A stretch of 45,571 nucleotides of DNA from Longimicrobiales bacterium (GTDB lineage: Bacteria > Gemmatimonadota > Gemmatimonadetes > Longimicrobiales > Gaopeijiaceae). Shown here piece by piece: positions 8,175-17,933 of this stretch (position 1 is the first letter of the stretch; the number at the start of each line of letters is the position of its first letter). The stretch spans positions 1 through 45,571 of the forward strand of contig DASWKP010000355.1 in NCBI GenBank assembly GCA_036396575.1, in the 5' to 3' direction. A program made the translations under genes and the position numbers. Below the pieces are notes generated by a model. The model was not told the origin of the DNA, did not search any database, and was given only the letters and a program-made list of their open reading frames with translations.

Positions 8175-9158
8175 CTACAACTCCACCCGCATCCCTTCCC
8201 GAGCGATCTCAAACCCGCGCCGCACCACCTCCATCGCCTCGGGCCCGCCCTCATCCAACGCCGGATTCGAGTTGTTCAGATGGGTGAAGACCACACGGCT
8301 TTCGCCACGATCGATGACGCCCTGGAGGCGATCCATCGTCAGGGGCATGAGCGGGTGGGGCACGTCGTCGATGGTCCGCCCCGGAAGCTCGTCCAGCGAG
8401 TAGAAGGAGCCGTCCAGCAGCGCCACGTCCACCGCCGCCACCATCTGCTCGACGTCTCGATCCCACGCCTCCCAGGAGTTGATGTCCGGCACATAGAGAA
8501 GGGAGGCCCGCTCACCCTCGAAGACGAACCCCACGGTATCGGCGAACTCGTCCCGGTGGGGGACGGTGATCGGCTGGACCCGGAACGACCCGTCGATTTC
8601 GTGCCAACGGCCAGGCTCCAGCACGGTGGGCACGATGCGACCCTGGTCCACCAGGAGGCTCCAGGGGGCGTTGTCGGCCAGGAATGCCGCCATGGCCGCC
8701 GTGCAGTAGGCCGGCGTGTCCCGGATGCCCATGCCTTCGTTGCCCAGGAGGGCCAGGCCCAGGTAGTGGCCGATGTGGGCGTGGGTCAGGAAGATGCCGT
8801 CGAAGGGGCGGCGCTGCCCCGCTCGCTCCCGGAAGGCCGGATGGTCGATGAGGTCGACCTGGCGGGTGATGTCCGGGGTGGCGTCCACGAGCCAGAAGCG
8901 CTCGCTCTCTGGCTCCACCAGGGCCAGGGAGGCCACGTACCGGGGGGACACGGCGGTGCGGGCCCGGTCGCAGCGCTCGGAGTAACAGCCCACCTGGGGG
9001 AGGCCGGCGTCCTGGACGGTGCCCAGGACGAGGGCGTGAAGGTCGGCAAGGGGGGTGGGGGGCGGCGGCGTGCCCCGCTCTGCCGCGCCGAAGGCGTGTC
9101 GGGTTCGGCCCGTGGCCGCCAGCACGGCCACAGCTCCAAGAAAGCAACGTCGGTCCAT
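8175..9158 (-). CDS. PqqB-like MBL-fold metallohydrolase with Tat-type signal
   Basis: ATG 9156-9158 with a twin-arginine-like MDRRCFLGAVAVLAATG. The FLTHAHIGHYLG metal motif and VVFTHLNNSNPAL resemble PqqB-family proteins. Confidence 0.7.
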   Translation of the reverse strand: MDRRCFLGAVAVLAATGRTRHAFGAAERGTPPPPTPLADLHALVLGTVQDAGLPQVGCYSERCDRARTAVSPRYVASLALVEPESERFWLVDATPDITRQVDLIDHPAFRERAGQRRPFDGIFLTHAHIGHYLGLALLGNEGMGIRDTPAYCTAAMAAFLADNAPWSLLVDQGRIVPTVLEPGRWHEIDGSFRVQPITVPHRDEFADTVGFVFEGERASLLYVPDINSWEAWDRDVEQMVAAVDVALLDGSFYSLDELPGRTIDDVPHPLMPLTMDRLQGVIDRGESRVVFTHLNNSNPALDEGGPEAMEVVRRGFEIAREGMRVEL

Positions 9159-9288
9159 GCGGCAATCTGGCCCGGGAGCGGGGAATCGGCTACCCGCCCG
9201 AGGAACCCTCCCCCCTCCCCCGCAAAACCCCTCCCATGTGGTCGATTCCCCCGGAACCTGGCACTCCGCCGCGGGTCTCTTCCGTGCT

Positions 9289-12141
9289 ATGGACGACTTC
9301 ATCCGCATCCGCGGGGCCCGGCAGCACAATCTGAAGAACATCGACCTCGATCTGCCTCGCCGGGCGCTGACGGTCATCACCGGGCCGTCGGGCTCGGGCA
9401 AGTCGTCTCTGGCGCTGGACACGCTGTTCGCGGAAGGACAGCGCCGTTACGTGGAGAGCCTGTCCACGTACGCCAAGCAGTTCCTGGAGCGGATGGAGAA
9501 GCCGCTCGTGGAGAGCGTGGAGGGGATCAGCCCCGCAGTCGCGATCGAGCAGAAGAACCCCACGAAGACGAGCCGTTCCACGGTGGGCACGGCGACGGAA
9601 GTCCACGACTACCTGCGCCTGCTGTGGGCCCGGGTGGGGAGGACCCACTGCCCCGAGTGCGGGCGGCTCGTGCGCCCGGACACGGTGAGCGAGGCGGTGG
9701 ACGCCACGCTGGCCTTTCCGAAGGGCACGCGCCTCATGGTGACCTTTCCCCTCAAGCTCAGCGAACGGGTGACCCACGCGCTGGTCGTGGAGAACCTGGG
9801 CGCCATGGGGTTCGTGCGGGCTCTGGTGGACGGCGTCGCCGTGGACCTGGGAGAGCCGGGCGCCGCGGACGCCGCCACGCTGGGCACCGACCTCACGGAG
9901 GCAGGCGAGGTCCTGATCGTGGTGGATCGCCTCTCGGCGGGCGACGACATCCAGGACCGGCTGGCCGACTCGGTACAGACGTGCTTCTCGGAGGGCGAGG
10001 GCGAGTGCATCGTCGTGACGTCCGCAGCCGCCACCGCCACCGACGTCCCGCCCCGCCTCCACTTCACCGAGCACTTCCGCTGCCCGGAGCACCCTCACGT
10101 CCGTTTCCGGGAGCCCACGCCGCAGCTTTTCAGCTTCAATAACCCCTACGGCTCCTGCCCCACGTGCACGGGCTTCGGCTCCACCCTGGAATACGACACG
10201 GACCTCATCGTGCCGAACCCCGTCCGCTCCATCGACGAGGGGACGGTGGACCCATGGACAAAGCCCCGCTACGAGAAGGAGCGGGCGCGCTTGCGCAGCT
10301 TCACGCTGGAAGAGGGCCAGTCCCTCTACACGCCCTGGAAGGACCTGTCGGAGGCCTTCCGGGAGGCGGTGCTTTACGGCAAGGGCTCCTTCCCGGGGGT
10401 GGTCCCCTTCCTGCGCAGCCGGGAGCGGAAGCGCTACAAGCGCTACATCCGCGTCTTCCTGCGCCAGTACCAGAGTCCCCGGGCGTGCCCCGAGTGCGGC
10501 GGCGCGAAGGTCCGCAAGGAGGCCCTGTGGGTTCACGTGGGAGGGCGCACCGTGGCCGAGGCGTCCGACCTCCCGCTGGAGGAGCTGCGCGCGTGGCTGG
10601 AGGGCTTGGAGCTGCGGGAGATGGAGGCTCGCATCGCCGAGACGATCCTCCGGGAGCTCAAGGCCCGGGTGGGCTTCCTGGTGGACGTGGGCCTGGACTA
10701 CCTCACCCTGTCACGGCAGACGCGCACGCTGTCGGGGGGCGAGGCGCAGCGCATCAGCCTGGCCAACAGCCTCGGAGCGTCACTCGTGGACACGCTCTAC
10801 GTGTTGGACGAGCCCACCGTGGGCCTCCACCCCCGGGACACGGAGGCGCTCCTCCGGCTGCTCGGGCGCCTCCGGGACGCCGGCAACACCGTGGTGCTGG
10901 TGGAGCACGACACGCTCGCCATCCGCTCCGCCGACCACGTGGTGGAGCTGGGGCCCGCCTCCGGAGAGAAGGGTGGGGAGGTGGTGTTCCAGGGGACGCC
11001 AGGCCGCCTCGCCGAGGCGGACACCGGCACGGGGCGGTACGTCTCCGGCAGGAGCGTGATCGCCGTCCCGACGGAGCGCCGGCGGGTGGACGGTCCCGCC
11101 CTGGTCCTGAAAGGGGCCCGCCTCCACAACCTCCGGGGAGTCGACGTGGAGATCCCGCTGGGAGCGCTCACGCTGGTCACGGGGGTGAGCGGCTCAGGCA
11201 AGAGCACGCTGGTGCACGACGTCCTCTACCGGGCGCTCGAGCGCGAGCTCGGGGGAGGAGAGACCAGCGCCAAGGAGCACCTGGGCGAAGCGGTGGGGGA
11301 GTACGATGCCCTGGAGGGCGTGGCCCGCCTCCAGGAGGTGGTCCTGGTGGACCAGAGCCCCATCGGCCGCACCCCGCGCTCGAATCCCGTCACCTACATC
11401 AAGGCCTGGGACGAAGTGCGGCGCATCTTCGCCCAGGAGCCCCTGGCCCGGAGCAAGGGCCTGGACGCGGGCACGTTCAGCTTCAACACCGCCGGCGGGC
11501 GCTGCGAGCACTGCAAAGGCGCGGGCCAGGTGGAGATCGAGATGATCTTCATGGCCGACGTCTACGTGCCGTGCGAAATCTGCGGCGGCACCCGCTACCA
11601 GGCCGACACCTTGGAGGTGCGCCACAAGGGCCTGAACGTCTCCCAGGTGCTCGACCTCACCGTGGACGAGGCCATCCGTTTCTTTCTGAGGCAGGACCGC
11701 CTCGGCAAGACGCTCTGGCATCTCCAGCAGGTGGGTCTGGGGTATCTACGCCTGGGCCAGCCGGGCCCAACACTGTCGGGTGGGGAGGCCCAGCGCCTCA
11801 AGATCGCCCGGGAGCTGGCCGGCGTGGCGGGCCGGAAGGGGAGGAAGATCTACCTCCTGGACGAGCCCACCACCGGCCTGAGCGGCGAGGACGTCAAGAA
11901 GCTGTTGCGCGTGCTGGGCCGGCTGCTGGACCAGGGCCACACGGTGGTGGTCATCGAGCACAACCTGGACCTCATCAAGACCGCGGACTGGGTGGTGGAC
12001 CTGGGGCCGGGCGCGGGCGCGCGGGGCGGCCAGGTCGTGGCCATGGGACGGCCGGAAGACGTGGCCCGCGTGCCCGAGAGCGTCACCGGGCGGTACCTGC
12101 GGGACGTGCTGTCTGAGGGGGCACGACCGGTGACCGCGTAG
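9289..12141 (+). CDS. uvrA: excinuclease ABC subunit A
   Basis: ATG 9289 opens MDDFIRIRGARQHNLKNIDLDLPRRALTVITGPSGSGKSSLALDTLFAEGQRRYVESLSTYAKQF... There are two ABC ATPase modules (GPSGSGKSS and GVSGSGKST, each with LSGGEAQR) and zinc-finger Cys clusters. The 950-aa length is typical. Confidence 0.95.
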   Translation: MDDFIRIRGARQHNLKNIDLDLPRRALTVITGPSGSGKSSLALDTLFAEGQRRYVESLSTYAKQFLERMEKPLVESVEGISPAVAIEQKNPTKTSRSTVGTATEVHDYLRLLWARVGRTHCPECGRLVRPDTVSEAVDATLAFPKGTRLMVTFPLKLSERVTHALVVENLGAMGFVRALVDGVAVDLGEPGAADAATLGTDLTEAGEVLIVVDRLSAGDDIQDRLADSVQTCFSEGEGECIVVTSAAATATDVPPRLHFTEHFRCPEHPHVRFREPTPQLFSFNNPYGSCPTCTGFGSTLEYDTDLIVPNPVRSIDEGTVDPWTKPRYEKERARLRSFTLEEGQSLYTPWKDLSEAFREAVLYGKGSFPGVVPFLRSRERKRYKRYIRVFLRQYQSPRACPECGGAKVRKEALWVHVGGRTVAEASDLPLEELRAWLEGLELREMEARIAETILRELKARVGFLVDVGLDYLTLSRQTRTLSGGEAQRISLANSLGASLVDTLYVLDEPTVGLHPRDTEALLRLLGRLRDAGNTVVLVEHDTLAIRSADHVVELGPASGEKGGEVVFQGTPGRLAEADTGTGRYVSGRSVIAVPTERRRVDGPALVLKGARLHNLRGVDVEIPLGALTLVTGVSGSGKSTLVHDVLYRALERELGGGETSAKEHLGEAVGEYDALEGVARLQEVVLVDQSPIGRTPRSNPVTYIKAWDEVRRIFAQEPLARSKGLDAGTFSFNTAGGRCEHCKGAGQVEIEMIFMADVYVPCEICGGTRYQADTLEVRHKGLNVSQVLDLTVDEAIRFFLRQDRLGKTLWHLQQVGLGYLRLGQPGPTLSGGEAQRLKIARELAGVAGRKGRKIYLLDEPTTGLSGEDVKKLLRVLGRLLDQGHTVVVIEHNLDLIKTADWVVDLGPGAGARGGQVVAMGRPEDVARVPESVTGRYLRDVLSEGARPVTA

Positions 12142-12206
12142 GCCGGGCCGGCCCCCCGGCGGACACCCCCCGGCGCGCTCCCCCGGCAGGCATCCCCAGC
12201 CCGACC

Positions 12207-12503
12207 TCAGAGCAGCGCCACCCCCACACCCAGCGCGGTCAATCCCGCCCACGCCACCCATCCCAGCACCTGGGCGCCCCAGTCCATGGACGACTCCATC
12301 ACGTTGGCCAGGGCCAGCGCCCCCGCCGCCGAAAGCGTGGACCACAGGAAGAGCCCCAGCATGCGGACGGGAAGCCGCCAACGACGCTCCGCGTCCAGGA
12401 GGGGGCGGATCCACCCGCGGCGGCGCAGGAGCGCCACCGCCGGCGTCGATACGACAGGGACGGCGAAGCCGACTCCCACTACCCAGAGGATCTGTTCGAG
12501 CAT
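12207..12503 (-). CDS. hypothetical small integral membrane protein
   Basis: ATG 12501-12503 (MLEQILWVVGVGFAVPVV...) with about three hydrophobic helices. It lies 14 nt downstream of the preceding ORF stop and has high GC3. No family was recognised. Confidence 0.4.
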   Translation of the reverse strand: MLEQILWVVGVGFAVPVVSTPAVALLRRRGWIRPLLDAERRWRLPVRMLGLFLWSTLSAAGALALANVMESSMDWGAQVLGWVAWAGLTALGVGVALL

Positions 12504-12517
12504 CAGGTCATCTGGGT

Positions 12518-13000
12518 TCAGTCGATCCAGAAGAGCATGAAGACCACGGTGGCGGCGATCCACCCGAGGGCGTAAAGCACCTCGTGGCTCTTATTCATGT
12601 CCTCCATCTCCTGCTCCTGCTCCTGGCCGGAGGTTGGGCTCGCGTCGAACCGGTCGGCATTGGTGCGGAGCAGCATGGACTCGACGCCCTCACCGGGGGC
12701 GCTGGCCTGGGAGGCTTCTGTCACGCCGACGACTCCCGGCCCATCGGTCGGGCCCGCCGTCGCTGCCGGGCTCAACCGCGGCGCGGGGGCCACGAGCCCC
12801 TGGGAGGGAAGGAGCACGGCGGGCGCAGGCGTGGCCTGGCCTGCGGTCCGCGCGGCGTCCTGCGCCCGCAACGGGCTGGGTCCAGCCACCAGCGTGATGG
12901 CGACGAGGGCGAGGGTGGCGGGGCCAGCCAGGCGTCCGCCCGGGCCTCGGGAGGGGGGTCGGCTTCCCGACAGGGGGCGGAGCGGGGCGTGCAGGGTCAT
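12518..13000 (-). CDS. hypothetical secreted Pro/Ala-rich protein with C-terminal membrane anchor
   Basis: ATG 12998-13000 with a signal-like ATLALVAITLVAGPSPLRAQ. A low-complexity middle leads to a C-terminal HEVLYALGWIAATVVFMLFWID helix. GC3-rich codons support coding, but no homology was recognised. Confidence 0.35.
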   Translation of the reverse strand: MTLHAPLRPLSGSRPPSRGPGGRLAGPATLALVAITLVAGPSPLRAQDAARTAGQATPAPAVLLPSQGLVAPAPRLSPAATAGPTDGPGVVGVTEASQASAPGEGVESMLLRTNADRFDASPTSGQEQEQEMEDMNKSHEVLYALGWIAATVVFMLFWID

Positions 13001-13128
13001 GTGGCGTGTTCCTTTGAGGGGAGGCGTCGAAACGGCGGGGCTCCATGGCAATCTCGTCCCGAACCCCGCAGACTGCCAGCCCCGCGATCCGCGCGGACCG
13101 GATCCGCGGACCCATACCACGACCCCGG

Positions 13129-13662
13129 TCACCCGGAGCAGAGGGTCCAATCGTCCAGCGGAGGCCCGGACTCGAAACAGGGTCCGACCCGCTCGACGTC
13201 CCCCTCCCAGACCATGACGGACGAGTCGGAGCGCAGCCGGTTGGTGCCGGCGTCGTACACCAGCTCCTGGGTCTCCACGCGGAAGGTGGACGTGGGGTCG
13301 AACAGGGACACGTCGCCCCACAGGACGAGGACGCCGGGCTCTTCGCGGAAGAGGCCGCTGTCGGCCACGATCCGGGCCACGACCACACTCCGCTCGTTGA
13401 GGAAAGAGCCGTCGATCCCCTTGAGGTGGATCAGCGCGGAGTCGTTGACGAGGAAGGCCGAGTCGCTGCCGATTGTGAGCGTCCTGCGGCCCTCGTGGGT
13501 CAGGTACGCCGTGAATCCCGACATCACCTGGTCGGCGCCGCGGGGCGCCGACCACTCCTGAGGGATCGGCTCCGTGCAGGCGGCGCTGCCGGCCAGGACC
13601 AGGAGCACCGTCGCCAGGGCCGGCGCTCGGCGTCCGGAGGGGATGGAGGGCTTCAAAAACAC
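13129..13662 (-). CDS. LptC/OstA-like periplasmic lipoprotein (putative)
   Basis: GTG 13660-13662 opens VFLKPSIPSGRRAPALATVLLVLAGSAAC, which contains a lipobox. Strand-rich repeats (IVADSGLFREEPGVLVLWGDVSLFDPTSTFRVETQELVYDAGTNRLRSDSSVMV) resemble the LptC/OstA fold. The start codon is uncertain. Confidence 0.45.
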   Translation of the reverse strand: MFLKPSIPSGRRAPALATVLLVLAGSAACTEPIPQEWSAPRGADQVMSGFTAYLTHEGRRTLTIGSDSAFLVNDSALIHLKGIDGSFLNERSVVVARIVADSGLFREEPGVLVLWGDVSLFDPTSTFRVETQELVYDAGTNRLRSDSSVMVWEGDVERVGPCFESGPPLDDWTLCSG

Positions 13663-13721
13663 GGGGAGGATCCGTTCCGGGGGCTCGTTCGTGCTGCGCC
13701 GGGAAGATAAGCCATCCCGGT

Positions 13722-13756
13722 TGTCCTGTCCCAGTAGTTCGCTGGCATTCGGACGC
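13722..13756. repeat. 35-nt intergenic repeat, copy A
   Basis: TGTCCTGTCCCAGTAGTTCGCTGGCATTCGGACGC is 34/35 identical to 45519..45553, in the same orientation. Confidence 0.9.
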
Positions 13757-13812
13757 GCCCGCGCCCCTTCGGCCCCGGTGCCCCGCCTCGGGATCCGTGA
13801 TATTCTCCCCTC

Positions 13813-14676
13813 GTGATTCCCTGCCTCTTCGTCTCCGACCTCCACGGCAGCGTCCGGCGCTACCGCACCCTCCTCACCATCATGGCCGAAGAGCGCCCCG
13901 CGGCCGTCCTTCTGGGCGGTGACCTGTTCCCGGCGGGTCTGGCGCCGTCTCGGGGGCCGGACGACCCCGACGGGGACTTCCTCGCCGGCTTCCTCCTTCC
14001 CGAGCTGGCGGGGCTGCGGGAGCGCCTGGGGAGCGACTACCCGGAGATCCTCCTCATCCTGGGCAACGACGACCCACGCGCCGACGAGCCCCGCATCCGC
14101 GAGGCGGAGGCCGAGGGCCTGTGGCACTACGTCCATGGCAAACGCCACGAAGTGAGAGGCGTCCCGGTGTACGGCTACGGCTGCGTGCCTCCCACGCCCT
14201 TCCTCCTCAAGGACTGGGAGTGCTACGACGTGTCCCGTTACGTGCCCCCGGGGTGTGTCTCCCCGGAGGAGGGTTGGCGGACCGTCGAAGTGCCCCTCCA
14301 GGAGGCGCGTTTCCGCACCATCCGGGACGACCTGGCTTCCCTGGTGGGGGACGACGACGTATCGGGGGCCCTCTTCCTGTTCCACACGCCGCCGGCGGAG
14401 ACGAAGCTGGATCGGGCGGCTCTGGACGGGCGGACGGTGGATCACGTGCCCCTCGACGTCCACGTGGGGAGCATCGCGGTGCGGCGCTTCATCGAGGAGC
14501 GCCAGCCCCTCCTGACGCTCCACGGGCACATCCACGAATCGGCCCGCATCATGGGCTCGTGGCGGGACCGCCTGGGCCGGACCCATCTGATGTCCGCCGC
14601 CCACGACGGTCCGGAGCTGGCTCTGGTGCGCTTCGATCTCGAGGACGTGGCGGGGGCCACCCGCACGCTGGTGTGA
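13813..14676 (+). CDS. metallophosphoesterase family protein
   Basis: GTG start. The calcineurin-like phosphoesterase signatures VSDLHGS, GGDLFP, LGNDD and LHGHIHES are present in the expected order. Confidence 0.8.
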   Translation: MIPCLFVSDLHGSVRRYRTLLTIMAEERPAAVLLGGDLFPAGLAPSRGPDDPDGDFLAGFLLPELAGLRERLGSDYPEILLILGNDDPRADEPRIREAEAEGLWHYVHGKRHEVRGVPVYGYGCVPPTPFLLKDWECYDVSRYVPPGCVSPEEGWRTVEVPLQEARFRTIRDDLASLVGDDDVSGALFLFHTPPAETKLDRAALDGRTVDHVPLDVHVGSIAVRRFIEERQPLLTLHGHIHESARIMGSWRDRLGRTHLMSAAHDGPELALVRFDLEDVAGATRTLV

Positions 14677-14698
14677 GGCCTCCGGGTCCGCCGGCCCC

Positions 14699-17600
14699 TC
14701 AGCTTTCGCGCACCCCCCCCATGTCGAGGCGCATGGCGGGATCCGTCACCGCGCCGATCTTCACGGCGTAACTGGTGCGGTTCTCGATGTCCCGGTCAGA
14801 GATCAGGCGCGCGTCCAGGAGGCCGTCGGAGTGGTAACCGGTGCGCACGTAGTTCATCTCCGCCAGGGACAGGCTCCAGCCCTCCAGCCAGGCGCGCAGG
14901 TCCCGGCGCTGCTCCTCCGTGCCCTCGAAGTGGATGAGGAGGTCGATGTCGCTCCCGGGGCCCGCCGTGGCGTTCTTGGTGCTGCCGAACACCCAGATGT
15001 CCTTCACCCCGAAGCGCGCCGGGTCCAGGTGGGCGGCCAGGCGCCCGGCCATGCGGAAGCGCCACTGCCAGTGCTCCTCCGGAGGCGGGTCCAGGGCGAC
15101 GATGCGCCCCGCCTCGTTCGCGGACGGTCCGGGCATCTCGTGGCGGGGCCCCGGCTCGGCCAAAAGCCCCACGGCTTCGTCGAGCTCCGCGTTCATGAGG
15201 ACCCTGAGGACGCGTCCCTCGGCCTCGCGGGGCACGTCGATCACCCGCACCACCGCCGCCAGGTGAGCGAACTCCGGGACCAGTACCGGCAGCAGGTTGT
15301 CGGCCCGCCGGAAGAAGAGCTCGTTCAGGGCGTTCTCGTTCTCGCCGGGATAGAGGGGCAGATAGCGGATCCGGGCCTCGACCAGATCCTGGAAGAAATG
15401 CGTGCCGAAGGACAGGTCGGGCGCGTACTTCCCGGTCTTGTGGGCGATCTCCACCAGGAGAGCCGTGTTGTTGATGTCCGAGTAGGTCACGCTCACGCCC
15501 AACCGGACGTCCCCGCGGCTGCCCCAACGGCCCGGCCCCATGAGGATGAACTGGCGTTTGGGCAGGAGCTGGTTGAGGCGCCCGACGGCCTTTCCCACTG
15601 CCTTGAGGTCGGCCAGCTCCGGCAGTTTGGCGTACTCAGCCGGGTCCACGTAGACCACGTGGGTGATGTCCGGGATCCTCCCGTTGGAGACATAGCGGTG
15701 GGCCGTGAAGAGGACACGGTTTCGCGGCAGGTCCCGCGGGATCGCGGCGGGCGCGCCTCCCTCGGTATAGCTCTGGGCCCGGCACTGCAGGAGATGGAGG
15801 GCCTTCCCGTCCGAGGCGAACTCGACGTCCACGGGTGTGCCCATCGCCTCCCGCAGGCACTTGAGCAGGGTGGCGGTCTGGGCCAGGAAGGGGGTCTCGG
15901 TGGCCAGGCCCTCGAAGGTGATCACCGCGTCTTCCCGGGTGAGGTCGTCCGTGATGCCGCTGGGTCGGCGGATGCCCTCGTGCTCCACCAGGGAGACCAT
16001 CTTGCGGACCATGGGGATGTCGTTGCCGCACTCCCGCAGCAGGTCGGAAACCTCCATCGTCTCGAAGGAGCGCGTCTCCAGGTCGATGAGGTCTACCTTC
16101 TTTGGGGAGTAGCGCACGACCTCGTCGGGCGTGGTGTTCACGCGCAGCCCCGGCTGGCCCGGAGCCATGAGGATGGGAAAGTCGTCGGACACCCGGTCCA
16201 CCGCCCGCGTCCCGAGCCCGGGCACCAGCCGCACCAGGCCGTCCTCTCGCTTGATGCGAGGCGACCAGCGGAACTCGTTGTTGCTCAGCGCCACCCCGGA
16301 GAAGGCGGGCAGGAAGTACCGGCCCACCCTCGTGCCCACCACCTCCTGGATCATGATCCCCATCTCCTCGTGGACGTCAAGGAGGTTCCTCTCGGCTCGG
16401 TACTCGATGGGGTCCGGGCTGAAGATGGAGGCGTAGACCTCGGCGATGGCGTCCAGCAGAGCGGCGAGACGCTCTTCCTTGGTGCCCTGGTTGGCCAGGA
16501 ACAGGCTCTTGTACTTGCCCGAGAAGGCCGCGCCGGTCCGGTCCTCCAGAAGGCTCGAGCTTCGCACGATGAGGGGCGCGTCGCCCAGGTCTTCCAGGGC
16601 CAGGGAAAGCCCGTTGAGGATCTGCGGCGGGAACGGTGAGGACTTGAAGACCTGGATGACGTAGGGGTACTGCTGCCGGATTTCGTTCAACTCCATGTAC
16701 TTCCGGTCATAGACGTCCTCGAGGTTGTTGTGGCGCACGAAGGCGATGACGCCATCCGAGGCGATGTACCAGGTGCGCGGCACCTGGATGCCCCGCAGCA
16801 CCTCGTGCTCCTCCTGCATCCTCTCCACGATCTTGCGGGCCAGAAACATGCCGGCGCCCTTCCCCCCCAGCTTTCCATGGCTGTTGGCGGGATGGATGAG
16901 GTGCGCCGCCAGCTCGTGGAAGTCGTGAAGGCTGACGAAGCGCTTGGCGATGTTGATGTAAGGGATCTGGTCGGTAAAGAAGCGCCGCAGCAGCGCGGCC
17001 TTGAGCACGTTGAGGAGGGAGGGGGGCAGCTCCCGCTCCGCCACCTCCAGGGCGTGGAACCGTCCCAGGGCGTCCACGATGTCTCCCAGGGAAGAGTCCT
17101 GCCACTCCAGCGTGTTGATGAGGAAGCTCAGCTTGTCCCGGGTGATCCAGCCATGCACCGAGGACAGGATCTCGTCCTCGCTCAGATGCTCCGCGGCGAT
17201 GCGGAAGACGAGGTCCGTGGGGATCTGCGTCTGCTCCGGGGCCTGGCGGGCCAACGGGCGGTTCTCGTCTTCGTCCGCGGTGGGCTGGTGGAGCGTGCGC
17301 TGAAGCCCGGGCATGTCCTCCAGTCCGCTCACGCCCTTCCAGCGGAGGTGGTTCAGCATCTTCCGGCTGATGCGCTGGAGGAGCTGCGGGTCGGCCCGGT
17401 GGAGGAAGTCGATGATGACCTGCCACTGCGTGCCGGGCCGGGCGTCCACGAGGTTGAGCGCGGACTTCCAGCTCGCCCACGCGTCTGACAGCTCCTCGTG
17501 CGTGAGCTGGAATCCGACCTGTTGGGCGATGGTATGCAGGAGACGGCGCTCATCGTCCAGGAAGGGGCCCTCGTCGGCCTGTTCCCGCTCCTCGGTGTAG

Positions 17601-17899
17601 GCCACGCGCAGGCATCCCGCCTCATCGTCGCGGACCAGGATGGGCTCCTCCATGATCCAGGGGCTCTCCACCCAGCCCTCTGTCTGGAAGGCGCGGCCTC
17701 CCAGCTCCAGGCGGGCCTCACACACCTCGGTGTGCTGCCACCCCGGCGGGATGGCCTCCGGGATGCTCTGGAGCTTCTCCTCCCAGGTGGAGTCGGGGCT
17801 GCGCAGGATCTCCCCGACCTGGTAGAGGCAGATCAGCTCCTTGGCCCTCTCCTGGAGATCCCGGAGGATCCCTTCCAGCTCCCCCTCCGACTCGGTCAT
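14699..17899 (-). CDS. PEP/pyruvate-binding (PPDK_N ATP-grasp) domain protein with C-terminal nucleotidyltransferase domain
   Basis: Start set at ATG 17897-17899 (GGGAGGGAG 5 nt upstream). The alternative is GTG 17930-17932, 1 nt after the upstream stop. Motifs are GGKGAGMFLA, LIVRSSSLLEDRTGAAFSGKYKS and IMIQEVV. The C-terminus has IWVFGSTKNATAGPGSDIDLLIHF, a pol-beta-type NTase motif. Confidence 0.75.
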   Translation of the reverse strand: MTESEGELEGILRDLQERAKELICLYQVGEILRSPDSTWEEKLQSIPEAIPPGWQHTEVCEARLELGGRAFQTEGWVESPWIMEEPILVRDDEAGCLRVAYTEEREQADEGPFLDDERRLLHTIAQQVGFQLTHEELSDAWASWKSALNLVDARPGTQWQVIIDFLHRADPQLLQRISRKMLNHLRWKGVSGLEDMPGLQRTLHQPTADEDENRPLARQAPEQTQIPTDLVFRIAAEHLSEDEILSSVHGWITRDKLSFLINTLEWQDSSLGDIVDALGRFHALEVAERELPPSLLNVLKAALLRRFFTDQIPYINIAKRFVSLHDFHELAAHLIHPANSHGKLGGKGAGMFLARKIVERMQEEHEVLRGIQVPRTWYIASDGVIAFVRHNNLEDVYDRKYMELNEIRQQYPYVIQVFKSSPFPPQILNGLSLALEDLGDAPLIVRSSSLLEDRTGAAFSGKYKSLFLANQGTKEERLAALLDAIAEVYASIFSPDPIEYRAERNLLDVHEEMGIMIQEVVGTRVGRYFLPAFSGVALSNNEFRWSPRIKREDGLVRLVPGLGTRAVDRVSDDFPILMAPGQPGLRVNTTPDEVVRYSPKKVDLIDLETRSFETMEVSDLLRECGNDIPMVRKMVSLVEHEGIRRPSGITDDLTREDAVITFEGLATETPFLAQTATLLKCLREAMGTPVDVEFASDGKALHLLQCRAQSYTEGGAPAAIPRDLPRNRVLFTAHRYVSNGRIPDITHVVYVDPAEYAKLPELADLKAVGKAVGRLNQLLPKRQFILMGPGRWGSRGDVRLGVSVTYSDINNTALLVEIAHKTGKYAPDLSFGTHFFQDLVEARIRYLPLYPGENENALNELFFRRADNLLPVLVPEFAHLAAVVRVIDVPREAEGRVLRVLMNAELDEAVGLLAEPGPRHEMPGPSANEAGRIVALDPPPEEHWQWRFRMAGRLAAHLDPARFGVKDIWVFGSTKNATAGPGSDIDLLIHFEGTEEQRRDLRAWLEGWSLSLAEMNYVRTGYHSDGLLDARLISDRDIENRTSYAVKIGAVTDPAMRLDMGGVRES

Positions 17900-17933
17900 G
17901 GGATCTCCCTCCCGGGGTGCTTCGAGCGTCACG

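Noticed and set aside
9159-9288. SOS/LexA-type operator in the divergent region upstream of uvrA, and similarly upstream of dinB at 39523..39650.
   Set aside because: I found no convincing palindrome of the CTGT-N8-ACAG, GAAC-N4-GTTC or other known LexA-box types by eye. The lineage-specific LexA motif is unknown to me, so no claim is made.
8148-10142. Very long ORFs with Arg/Pro/Gly/Ala-rich translations. Examples are 8148..10142 (+, 664 aa), 10164..12116 (+, 650 aa), 9190..10536 (-), 1525..3354 upstream part (-), 14831..16639 (+), 25438..27234 (+), 22353..24242 upstream part and 815..2215 upstream part.
   Set aside because: They lie antisense to, or out of frame with, genes that have clear family motifs (uvrA, hisC/hisH, the PPDK_N protein, the S9 peptidase). 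Their low-complexity RPGA composition is what stop-poor alternative frames of GC-rich DNA produce, and no motifs were recognised in them.
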